The notes under the pieces are model-generated. The model was not told where the DNA came from, did not search any database, and was given only the letters and a program-made list of their open reading frames with translations. The position numbers and the translations under genes were made by a program. This document shows, one piece after another, positions 36,662 through 48,218 of a stretch of 64,000 nucleotides of DNA (within the stretch, counting starts at the first letter, position 1; every line of letters starts with the position of its first letter). The DNA is from Macrostomum hystrix (lineage: Eukaryota > Animalia > Platyhelminthes). The stretch lies in contig CATNEN010000014.1 in the NCBI GenBank assembly GCA_950097015.1, positions 1,674,001 to 1,738,000 of the forward strand, written 5' to 3'.

Positions 36662-37878
36662 TCATTCCAATTTAAAGAAGCCGCCGCCGCCGTCGCCAAC
36701 GACCTGTTCGTAGGCCTCGCCTTCGCCCTCGCCGCTGTCGGAGCCCAGGTTGATGGGCGATATGGGGCAGAGCCGCTGGCCCAAGTCGCCGGCGGTCGGC
36801 AGAAACTCCAAGTCGCCTTCTTCGTTGAAGTCGAACGATTCGGCGTCGTCGAATTCGCCGCCACCGAAGCCGCCGTTGCCGCCCAGCACCTGGATGACGC
36901 TGTCGTGGAAGCCGCCACCGATGTCGCCAAAGATCGCAGCTGGACCGCTGGCCTCCGCAGCACTTCGATGGCCGAAGCTTCCCAGCTCGTCTTCGTCGTC
37001 TTCATCTTCGCCGAAGTTCAGAGACATGGCGGCCGGACAGCGGCGGTGCCGTCGGCCTCCAGGACTGCGCGACGCAGTCAGCAGATGCAGCGAGGACAGG
37101 CGGCGCGCGTGCGGAGGCGGCGACGCGGCGTAGGTGGATCTAATGGGTTGCGAAAAACTCTGGTCAATGAGATCACAGAATTCAATCGGATCACAGAATT
37201 CAATGGGATCACAGAATTCAATCGGATCACAGAATTCAATCGGATCACAGAATTCAATCGGATCACAGAATTCAATGGGATCACAGAATTCAATGGGTTC
37301 ACAGAATTCAATGGGTTCACAGAATTCAATGGGTTCACAGAATTCAATGGGATCACAGATGTCAATGGGATCACAGATGTCAATGGGATCACAGGATTCA
37401 ATGGGATTACAGAATTCAATGTGAATACAGGATGTTTGGTATTACTGAAATCGTAGATGGATCATGGGAATCGAAGATGTGATCATGGAATCAGTTATTG
37501 GATTACGGGTACCGAAGATGGGATCACAGGAATCGAAGATAAGATCACAGGAATCGATAATGGTAGTTACCTTGCTGTGGCGGCGCACTCGTCCAGTCGC
37601 TGCACCCGCGGCAGGCCGTGAAGTCCGCGCAGCGCCCGGCCCGCCCACTCTTCATCGGCTTCGTCGGAGCTGGATGAGTCGCTTATGAGGCGCCTTCGCT
37701 GACGACGGCGCCGCTTCAGCTGCATGGCGGCTGCGGCTGCGGCAGACAGCGGCCGGGCGGGCGTGGGCAGCTCGCGGTGGCAGTAGGGCTCGCCGAGGAA
37801 GATGGCGATGCCGGCCAGCGAGTGCAGATCGAAGCCTGGCGGGAACGAGAAGTCCGTCTGGGTGGGTGCGTCGGCGGC
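36662..37878 (-). CDS. Hypothetical protein (TQT motif, basic NLS-like stretch, acidic/Gly-rich C-terminus), 2 exons
   Basis: Exon 37878-37571 (cag|AADAPTQTDFSFPPGFDLHSLAGIAIFLGEPYC...KRRRRQRRR...DSSSSDEADEEW...|gtaact) splices in phase 2 to exon 37139-36662 (STYAASPP...MSLNFGEDEDDEDEL...FFKLE*). GC-rich codon usage resembles neighbouring genes. Confidence 0.7.
37165..37420. repeat. 18-bp intronic minisatellite
   Basis: Unit gatcacagaattcaatgg. Confidence 0.93.
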
Positions 37879-40395
37879 CTGCAGGGAAGAATAAAGTCAT
37901 GTTCGCATATATAGAGACTAGCCCAGCTAGGCCAGATGTACAGCCAGCTGCAGCTATTGTACATCCCTTATAAAACCTGCACACTGCTAACTGATCAGTC
38001 CGTGGACAATAAGCTAGTAAATAAATAAATAGCTAATAGTTATTAGGATAAAATAGATACATAAAATTTATTTAGATAGAAAACAAAATAAGTTACCATA
38101 TGTCTGTTACGAGTGTATTTTATTACTAGACCTACTAGACATAATACTATGTAGCTTCTAACTACGAGCTAGTAGTGTCACTATAACAAATAGACAAAAT
38201 GCTACGTATGACACATTAAAAAATAAGTGCTTAATGCTTTAAAATGTATAGTACGAGTAATAATGATTTTTATATCAACTTAAGGCTGACATGATGCGAA
38301 CTTATTTTAGCCCGGTTATCACAAAGTGAACAGCATTGAACTATTTGAGTCGGCTGAGCTGGTGAGTAGCCGATTAGAGATTGGTTGCGGTGAGTTTGCT
38401 TTATTTGATCTTCCTGTTTTGCATTTTCAAGGCCCTGTGCAGTCTATGAGGAGACGTTGAAGTTCGCGACTGCCCATCGGTCGTGGTTTCATTTTTAAAT
38501 ATTCGTGAGTGCCAGTGTATGCGATTGTTGTATACGCGTATTCCGTTAATGAGCATTATTTCCTTTTTACCTTGCGTGGCAGTATATGTACGAAATCATA
38601 TTTTATAGAAATGCTATTTGGCATAGCCATCTTTATCTCCCCTCTTTTTCGATTTTCCCTGCTGATTCTGTTCAGCATTTGATCTTCCGATCGTTAGTCA
38701 CCCAGCATTCGGTTGTCGCACCATTTCGAGGTATGGATTGTAAAAATGAGCATTCAATCATAAACATTTTGCTTTCTTGAGAATAGCCGATATAGATGTT
38801 TAAACAAAAAGTCTCTCAATTTGGCGCAGGAATCTCGCCCATCTCAACAAACTAAAAAATGGCTTGAACGACGTTGTCAGTTATGTGCATTGCCCAATTG
38901 CAAATCGCTTCTTAGGAAGCACCTATCCGAAGATATATGGCAGGAATTAAAGTGCGTGACAATTAATATGAGGATGAGGATGAGGGAATGAAAGGAAGGT
39001 GATGATAAGTTCACACTTAGCAGCACCGCTAAGAAGCCGTAGCGTTTTTGCTAGAGATCACGAAGTAGACCCGGGAAAGAATAAAACGGCGATGATGAAA
39101 ACTCTGGAACTAACGCAAAGAAAAAAACTATAAGAAGGATGAAGGAAGGATGAACAACAGTAGTAAAATATGCAATTTGCTTAAACGCGCTACTTAAAGT
39201 AACATCACATGGAAACCTTAGCTATAACGTTGAATCTATTTTTAGAAATGAGTCATGCGCTATTTTTAGAAACAAAGTCATGTTACATGAAACCGGAGAA
39301 CCGGTTCTCGACAGCTGTATTTGCTTGAATTCCAAATATGGTAAAACAAACAATCATGACTCATCGGTTTCTGAATCTGTATTTACACAATAAACAACTA
39401 AACTCACAATCATGACCCACTAAACAAATATGTATAACCTAAGTAAACACCCGGTAGTAGAACCGGTTTTCCCCCAAAATTTTACTATAAATACAAGCGA
39501 AAATCCGAGCTAAAAATTCAGACTCGGAGCGGTCCACCGGACTTCAAAACAGCCTTACGAAGAAGAGGAATCATCTCTGAGGGAAAAACAAGTGGTAAGC
39601 GCTTAACTAGACAGATTTATTTATTACTAGTAATCGTTTTTTAATTGAACTAAGTTTAAGAGAGCCACATATCGTCGATACATTTGAGAAAGGCCTCCTT
39701 GTTTCCTAGGATACATTCCTAGAGGATTATTGATTGATTGATTTGAGTTATCCGTTATCTTTCGGAGGTAACGAAGAAGACGCCCTTTAGGAGGACCTAT
39801 TAGAGAGACACAAGAGAGAATTCGATTGTTCACTAGGGCGCATGTTTCTATTGTGAATTCCGAGCTCGAGGAAACCGACAGGTAATCTGATTCGCTCTTG
39901 TCCTTTATTGGCCAACAGACAAATTAAAGCGCGACAGACTAGCAGCTGCCAGGAAGACAAAGAAGACAAGACTACAAAGACTCAAGAAGCATAGACTCGA
40001 AACTTCACGGTCGACCGGAACAAGAAGAACTACCGGATTACAAGGACCCAGAAGACTACAAACTACTTAAGGAAGAAGAAGCAATCGCAGTAAGTGTCAC
40101 GTGACTGTTATAAATTCCTAGGCGATTGTTCCCCATTGTCTAGAAGTGGGAGTTTCGTGTGTCTGATCAACACACAAAACTCTTTAGACGAAGCGGAACG
40201 CAAGAGACAAGGGTGGAGCAGAGGACAACGATGGACCATAAAAACACCAACGACTGGCCCCACAGAAGGACAGACCTAAAGTTTAAATGCAGATGACAAA
40301 GGCGAACCTAGAAAAAAATGTGCAAGTGAGGGGGCAATGTTCCTGGTGCCAGAAAGTACTTAGCCAATTAGAAACGAAACCCAACAACCGATAGA

Positions 40396-40814
40396 ATGGC
40401 TTGTGTTCGCGTTCGACGGCAAGCGGCTAAAAATGCACTAAGAGCGTTGGAGTTGGACAGCGACAGCGACGAAGACGCTCAAGAAGTTGGAGCTGCGGAA
40501 GAGTCGTCGGATGAGTCTGAAAACAGCGATGAAGAGGCCAACAGCAATGACTACGTTGTTAACGAGGCTTGGGAGCACGTAACGCACGAGCAAGACGGTC
40601 GTCCCAACCCTGTCCCCGAGTTCTTAGGAACGCCAGGAGTGAGTCCGACATTGATGCTCCTCTTATAACAGCCGCCCAATCCGTCAGTATGGTGTCAGCG
40701 AGGGATGCTCAGCAGCCTACATCCCGAATGGAACCGCAACAGAATCTAGCAGCTGCTATTTCTGGTACATTTCACAATTGCCAGTTCCATGTTCACATCA
40801 ATAATCGTCTGTGA
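40396..40814 (+). other. Small overlapping ORFs: acidic piggyBac-N-terminus-like peptide and a peptide ending in a Crypton-like F.NC.F tail
   Basis: 40396-40668 DSDSDED...W......P.P..F.G.PG; 40569-40814 ends GTFHNCQFHVHINNRL, similar to the recombinase end GKFENCSFQI. Confidence 0.4.
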
Positions 40815-41012
40815 GTTGAATTTAATATAATAACAATTTAATTGAAAATGTAAAACTTGTAGTTTTGCTCTGATTCAGTACACGCTTATGTTGAAAAGTA
40901 CATTTTTTACTGTTTGTATTTTTGTGTGCTACGTTATGCAATAAAAAATAATATATATTCCTTTGAGAAGTTTTACCATAGACATTTGAAGCGTGCAACA
41001 ATGGGAGATTAT

Positions 41013-41108
41013 TCATATGGTACAAGAGGTAAACAATAAGCAAAATCACGAGTGGCGTAGCCACTTTGGCGAGATCTTTGCTTATTGTTTACCGATTGTA
41101 CCATATGA
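41013..41108. other. 96-nt imperfect palindrome/hairpin upstream of the tyrosine recombinase
   Basis: Arms tcatatggtacaa/ttgtaccatatga (13 bp), ggtaaacaataagcaaa/tttgcttattgtttacc (17 bp), and inner agtggc-gta-gccact. Confidence 0.9.
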
Positions 41109-41424
41109 CTAAGCTTATTGTTACTGTGGTTTGGCATACTCGACTTGAAGCATTATTTAACGCTGAAGCATTGCTTAACGCCGATTGTTTAATGCCGATT
41201 GTTTAACGATGCCTCATCGAATCAGAAACGTTCTAGACTTCACTGAGTACGTATTGTCTATGGCTACAACTGTGCCATATGGAGTGAAAAGCAGTAGAGG
41301 AATACATAGGTTGGACTCTGCTAAGCTGTGCCATAGACTATTGGAGCGAAAAGGAGTAGAGAAATGCAAAGGGTTTGCGTTTAACTACAAGTTATAAGTT
41401 TCACTGTCTGCACTGATTCCAAAA

Positions 41425-42906
41425 ATGCATCTAATACATTGGAAAAACTTGCCGACCGACTCTTTTAACGGAGTATCTGCTAGCGAAATGGATTTTCTTT
41501 CAATGCTGAGTGCAACGGACCACTCGGAGGACGCTGATCTACTGGAATTTGTCAACTTCTTAGAAGATCCCGCCCGTGAAGATCAGTCGGTGCTGGACAT
41601 ATCATTACCGGATCTACCTGGTGACGCACCACTGTCGGTTGACGATCTCGATCGCATTGAAATCGATTCGCTACCCAAGACTACGCGAGAACAGATGTTC
41701 CAACATGGAAAAGCATTTGTGGAGTTTCTACGAAGACAAACTGAAGTGTCCCCTGAGACGATTTCGCAGACCATGCTGAATGAGTTTCTACGTTTCTACT
41801 ACTTTTTGTTAAAGAAAGCTGACGGAGGAAGGTACGCACCTGCGTCCTTGGTTTGCATCCGTGCCGGCATTCAGCGCTACTTTTGCATCGTTCTTAAGCG
41901 TTCTGTGGATATCATTTCTGGAGGAGAGTTTGCTGCCGCTAATAGAATGCTACGCGTCAAAGTACGCGAATACAATGGATCTGGTGCTGTCAGAAGACAA
42001 TATCCGCTAATTGAGGAAGGAGACCTAGAGCGATTGCGGAAATACTTTGATAGAAGCACAGCAGAACGTGTTCAGGATGAAGTGCGCTTCACATTACTCT
42101 ATACATTAGGTGAGCGCGGCCAAGAACATCTTAAATATCTCAAGAAGAAGGGCACCTTGGTAGAAGGAATAGATGCTGATAGCCAACCATATCTGAGCCT
42201 GCCAGATCTGCCAACGAAGAATCAATCGACTGATCCAACGCGTGCTAAGAACAACTCAGCAAAGCAAGCTCGCCTCTATGGACAGCAGCGAGATCTTGTC
42301 GTCGACTACTTAAAGCTGCTACCGGAGAACACAAAAGATTCATCCTTCTTTCCACGCCCACTGGCAAACGATGGAAGCGGTAACCTTCGTTTTTCAAGTA
42401 ACCAGGTTAGAGGCATTAATTGGCTAGCTAACTTCATGCGTCACCTGAGCGAGATCTGCCAGTTGTCAAAAATGTACACTAATCATTGCATCCGGGTCAC
42501 GCGTATTTCGGATTTGCATGAATGTGGACACAAGCTGGACGAAATCATGACTATTACTGGGCAGAGGGCCAAGTCGACTGTCCGGCGTTACTTGTCAAGA
42601 AGACGCGATCGGTCCATTAAACAAGTTTCGATTGCTGTAAGTAAAGCGCTGGAGCGACCACTAGCAACTACAAGTAACTTGAATACCGATGTCAAGCCGT
42701 TATGCGACGGAGCTGCCGAAGGTGCTGACGATGTTGTAGCGCCAATGATGGTAATCGAGTCTAGCGTCGGAGCCTCTGCCACTAGTGCTGAGGCGGCGGA
42801 GCCGGGAATTGTGCATATGACAGCCAACGACAGCGAGAAAAAAACAGTCGTCCTAAATTTCAACGGAAAATTCGAAAACTGCAGCTTCCAAATCAAAGGG
42901 ACGTAA
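41425..42906 (+). mobile_element. Crypton-type tyrosine recombinase ORF (DUF3504-like), 493 aa, uninterrupted
   Basis: YAPASLVCIRAGIQRYF, LGERGQEH (catalytic R), YTNHCIRVT (HxxR), ITGQR (H/W position is Q), TVRRY (nucleophile Y). Acidic N-terminus and F.NC.F tail are typical of animal Crypton/ZMYM-related recombinases as recalled. No RT or other retroelement ORF lies nearby. Confidence 0.85.
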
Positions 42907-43693
42907 GTCGCCAAGTTTCGTCATTTCAATATAGGGAATAAACTATATCGAGGTCCCATAACTATGTGAACGGAATAGTAATATTTATTGCTTGTATTGT
43001 AAAACACGTTATTAGTTCTGTTATTGCTAAATGTTGTTTTGATTTGTTTTAATTCCAAAATATAACTCAATATAGCTAACCAATAGTCTATGGTTAAATC
43101 TGCGAAACATCGTTAAACAATCAACTTCTCTGTGAAACGTTGTTAGTATGCTAAACTATAGCGACAATAAGCCTCGATTGGTATACCCCTAAAAACCCCT
43201 TCAAAATGATACAATATATACGAGCGCGTATCATACCATTCCAGTTCACTATTGCTGTCGTTTGCAAAATTCTCTTCGAATGAATATGGCCAGGTGTCGT
43301 ATTTCCCAACAGTTGCTGGTAGCAGACTTTTTTGCCATAGACAGCGGCTTCTCGCTTCGGATTTTAGAACCATGACTATGTGGCCAGTCCTGCTGGCCAT
43401 CGGTATTGGCAGGGCTAACGATGCCCAACACTGCTTAAACCTTTAAGTGTGTGCCTGTGTGCCTGCTGTGTCAAAAACTTTAAAACGAACTACAATACTC
43501 GTATTCGATTTCTATCTTTAACCACTAAGCACTAAACTGTAGCTTTTTTATATGCTCTTGGCTTTTTGATCGCTAAGAGTTACTTCTCATCGATCTTAGA
43601 ATGAGCTTCAATAAATTAGGAGAATTAGTTTGATTTGAGAACTGTACATCTGATTTAAGATATTAAGATATTTAAGATATTATATTTAGGTAC

Positions 43694-43969
43694 ATGGAGG
43701 ATTTAAAGGATTTGGGTGCTGGATTTGCTGGACTGTCTAAGAGACAACTAGGAAAGATCATTGCAAGCAAGCGAGGACCGCAAGGGGGGCAATGGCCTGC
43801 GCCTCCACGAGGTGCCCCCCCGGAGGACGCAAGTCCTACGAAATGCAGGCCATCAAACGAACCCTGGGAAGGCGGGCATCATCTGATGCCCGGTGCCATG
43901 GGCCCTGGCCCGCGCACGCCCGAAGAAGAAGAAGAAGAAGAAGGACCGCAAGGAGCGGAGTGGTTGTGA
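43694..43969 (+). CDS. Small Pro/Gly/Glu-rich ORF (91 aa) flanked by an imperfect inverted repeat
   Basis: GC-rich ATG-to-stop island in AT-rich DNA; acatctgatttaagatattaa (43646-43666) pairs with ttaatatcttaa...aatcagatgt (44004-44032). Confidence 0.4.
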   Translation: MEDLKDLGAGFAGLSKRQLGKIIASKRGPQGGQWPAPPRGAPPEDASPTKCRPSNEPWEGGHHLMPGAMGPGPRTPEEEEEEEGPQGAEWL

Positions 43970-44414
43970 GATGGTCAAGAAAGTAGTTGATACACTTCGT
44001 TGTTTAATATCTTAAAACATCTAATCAGATGTTAAAGTGATGTAAAAGTAATTTATGAGGTTGTTTTAAAGGACCTTGGTGACAGCATGGAGTCCATATA
44101 TCATGGTCCAATCATATTATTGTGTTCCAATAATATCATTACGTGTTTTAAAATTTCTGTACGAATGCCAACAACGGTAAATCGGAGAAAAATATAACAT
44201 CCTAGTTGAAGAGACTAACTTCTGGAAAACTGTCGACCAGGCTTCCTGTCGCCATCTTTGATCATAGGAGTCCTAGAGGACGCAATAAGACCCGAAACCC
44301 CAAAAAACATAAATTATTTCAAGTTCCCAGCTTAAGATCAGCTGAACAACCCCCGCCCAGGAGTTAAAGCATTACATTTTTGAGCGGGTCTATCATTCAT
44401 TAGTTGCAGTAAAA

Positions 44415-44875
44415 ACGATTTATCAAGAACAAGATGGGAGGAGTCTAATGCTTCAAGCTGAGAGGGTGGAACAACAGGATTGCTGTGCACTATTCTGCCT
44501 TTAATTCAGTGATCAGCTCAATACTCGAGTAGCTCATCAACAAGCTGGGGCGAGACTGTCTCACCAACAGGGATGCAGACAAGAGCACAGCTCATTAACA
44601 GATGAATATCAGATGCCAGAATCGATGCAGTTGATCAAGGACAAGATGGGAGAACCCAGTGCTTCCAGCTGAGGCAAATAGAGCAGTGCGCTAATCAGCG
44701 GCCAAAATAGAGTAAACAACTCAAAATCCGAGTGGCTCGTTAACCTACTGGGACCAGACTGTCTCACTAACAGGGATGCAGACAACAGCACAGCTTATCA
44801 ACAGATGAATATCAGATGCCAGAATCGATGCAGTCGATCAAGGACAAGATGGGAGAACCCAGTGCTTTAAGCTGG
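44415..44875. repeat. ~203-212-bp tandem direct repeat (2 good copies plus a partial copy)
   Basis: agactgtctcac...acaagatgggagaacccagtgct at 44553 and 44756; partial acaagatgggag at 44429. Confidence 0.85.
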
Positions 44876-47800
44876 AAGGTTCGTTCCAAAACTGTACCAA
44901 CAGTGCATTGCACTGTAAAAGGCAGCGCACTCCAGAAATGCAGTGACCTGCGAAGCACTCTATGGGTTTGTTGAATAGCTGGCACAAGAATTTCTGCTCA
45001 TACCGTATAAGTATAATAAATATCATCTTTACCATCTGCACTGTGTTCAATACACACTATGATCATAAATGACTGCAAGTTGGACATACAAAATAACATC
45101 AATTCATATGATCAATGCCCTAATTTGTTAATTTGTTAATTTGTTACGCTCCATCACACTTATGCAGAAACCACACTAAGCGTGTGAATGTGATGAGTTT
45201 GCCTACCACGCTATATTGTGTTATATATAGCACTTGCGTGTCTGGTAACCATATCGTAGCACATATCAATTCTAGTCTATATTGCATGTGGTAATTATTA
45301 GAAAATGAACTACATTTCTTTGATGTTTGATCAATAGTCAACATGTAAAGTTTTGTAATAGCTTATCTATGCACTAGCTTGCTTTTCGCCTTCGCACAAA
45401 CAATTTTCAGACTCCGGGAAACTATAGACTTCACATTGCAGACGGCTATAATTTTGGGCCAACATAAAAAACACTAGCAATTCTCCTGACTCAAGCTACG
45501 TGGATCTGCTTCGAGAAGCGAGAAAGAATGCCTGGAAAAAGTTAGATTCCTTGTCTTCTTCAAGGTGCGTTCGACATTAGTTTGCTGTATTCTAATCTGT
45601 GTCTGTGTGTATCTGTGTGCCAGCATACCGCAGATTAGATTAGATTAGATTTGCTAAACCCTATAAACCTTGATTTGATAGGGTATGACTTAGTCCTTGA
45701 ACTAATTTAAGAACGTTTCTCGCATATGGTACTGCAATTTCGTTTTTCATAGTTGTTTTTTATCAAGAAAATAACTTTTTTATTGTCCAACTTTTCCCTT
45801 TTGTTTTGTGTGCACTTTCTTCCGAATTTTCTTCGCTTTTGTTTCGGGTTTTCAACGAGTAAAACATTTCCTTGTTTACAATTGCAGTATTCTAATCTAC
45901 AAGTATGTCTGTATTCTATTCAAATTTTTGTTTCTCATCAGAAAGAAAAAAATTCATTGTACAATTATTTTTCCCTTTCAATTTTACACCAACTGTAAAA
46001 CACCCCATCGCCTTCTCTCTGCTCTATCCTCCTTCCTCTCGCTGTACATGCACCATCTAGTTATGAAATATATTAACAAAACGAGCTGAGTTCCTACATT
46101 AACTGGGAGTTAATGTGAGCTCACATCCCAGAGCACGGCTGAAGGGGCAGTGCAGAGCTAAGTATTCTATTGCTGCAGCACAAGGAAACTGTGAGGCCCT
46201 TGTGAGTCACGCACATCTCTCCTGCGCTTGCGTTCGTGGTTGTACATCTCGCGAGTGTACTGGTACGCCACCCCATAAGGGTGGGTTGTTTTTAGGCCCA
46301 TCGATCGTATTCTTCGCATCTATTTAATATGAGCATCGCATTGTGAGTGACAAAATATACTTCGTGTCTGAAGCTTAAGTCGCGTCTCTTACAAAACATT
46401 TCGATTAAAGGTTTCACTGCCAGTAATATGGTATCTCCATTAAGTATAATGTTCATTTTTTCAGATGACTTTTCAGTTTAATAAAATTGAGTAGAAATCA
46501 CTTAGAAACATCGAACGAACTCAGTCATGTAGCAAGTGACTTCTAGATTGATTTCCAATCAAATCCCAACCGAAAATTTGTACCCAAGTCGATTGGTCTT
46601 GCATATTCTACTGGCAGTAGTAGGTCAGGAAACGTGACTAAAATTAGTAAAAGCTGCTATATTTTTTATTTAGACTTGGACAGGCTCTAGACCATCGAAA
46701 TTCAAATTTACTTGTCGAAGTAAATTGGATTAGGTGTACTAGATTATTTAGGTATCTGGCTAAACTTGGTTGTTGGGGGTCTAGGAGTTTGACTAGGCGT
46801 TTTTTGCGAAGGCATCAATGATAGAGCATCTCTAGAGCTTTCCAACAACACCAAGAATGTCAAGAAATACCCACCAGAAGGCTGTCAATTGACCTCAAGA
46901 GTGTCAGAGGTACCTCCTATTCGATGGCGCTATGAGTAGATTATAATGCTTTACTAGACTGGCTGCCAGCGGACAACGGCTGCAGATCTATTGACAGGAT
47001 TACCAAAAGGCATTTATCTATCTGGCCCCAATTGGGCCAGATATGCAGCCAACCGTACAGCTGCAGCTATTGCACTGTGAAGAATGCGAAGAACATAAGA
47101 TTAGAGTCCAGTCAAAGGCAAGTGGAATAGGCTGCCTTTTTAGGTAGTGCACAAATAACCTAGGCCCAATCAGAATAAAATATTACTCATCAAAGATTTA
47201 TAACAAATGCTATAGCCTATGAGCATAGAGAGCTGTAAGTTATCAGCAAGAAGCTATAGCTAGGCCTATGCCCTCCCTAGATATCTTATGTCCTTAGTCA
47301 ATCATAGTCTATCCTGCACCTCGAAGGGAATAGCAGGGATGCAAATTGATTAAAAATGAGTAGCTTGATATATAGCATATGCCAAGTAACAAAAAAGATA
47401 AAATATGAGAAGTCTAACCTCATAAGTTAGGCACAGAAAAAATTTGCTAACATTACAAGAGAAGTGGCAGAAATATGTAAATTATCTAGCCTTTTCGAGC
47501 CTAGACTATCAAATTTACAAGCACAAACCCAATAACAGATAGTTATCAAATAGTAACCAAAAAAAATTTTTACATAACATTAAGACATGTCAAGCAATGT
47601 CATGAAGTGCTGACAAATCAAGGTCATCAAAACAATGCTGCCCAGGAACCAGGGCTGGTCTGCAAGCAAGAACGCAGCCCAGAACAAAATGCTGTGTGAC
47701 TCCATGGTATTCTAAGCTGACAGGCAGAAGGAAACGACACAAAGGTCAACTGTTTAAATAAGGAAGACAGTGAATGCTAAAAACCATAAAAAATTAATTT

Positions 47801-48218
47801 ATACATCAATATTGATTTAGAATAACCTGTAAACAAAGTCAAGCAAAACCGTGCAGACATAGGGCAGATGTTTAGCTAAAAATTAAATTATTAAACAGCA
47901 ATTTTGAATATATTTTATATTTAATACACTCAAATATTCACTAAAAAAATATGATCACGGAATATTGTTCTAGTTCTTAACTTGAAGTCCATGAAGTGCT
48001 TTAGCATTTTTCTTGACATTAACACAAAGTCAAAATATACTACTATACTATTTGTAAATTTCTCTTTTTTCTACTAACATATAGAGAGAGAAAGAATATT
48101 ATAGGGTGTTCAGATTCATCAAACCAGGATGTATTTAAATATTGCTGGGGATGGCTGACCATCTGCCAGAGTTGATATCTAGGAACTTAATATAATGTAT
48201 TATTTTAAACACTTTGTT

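Noticed and set aside
45400-45655. Possible 3' end of a non-LTR element with a (GATTA)n tail
   Set aside because: Only a short tail and no recognisable RT or endonuclease motif.
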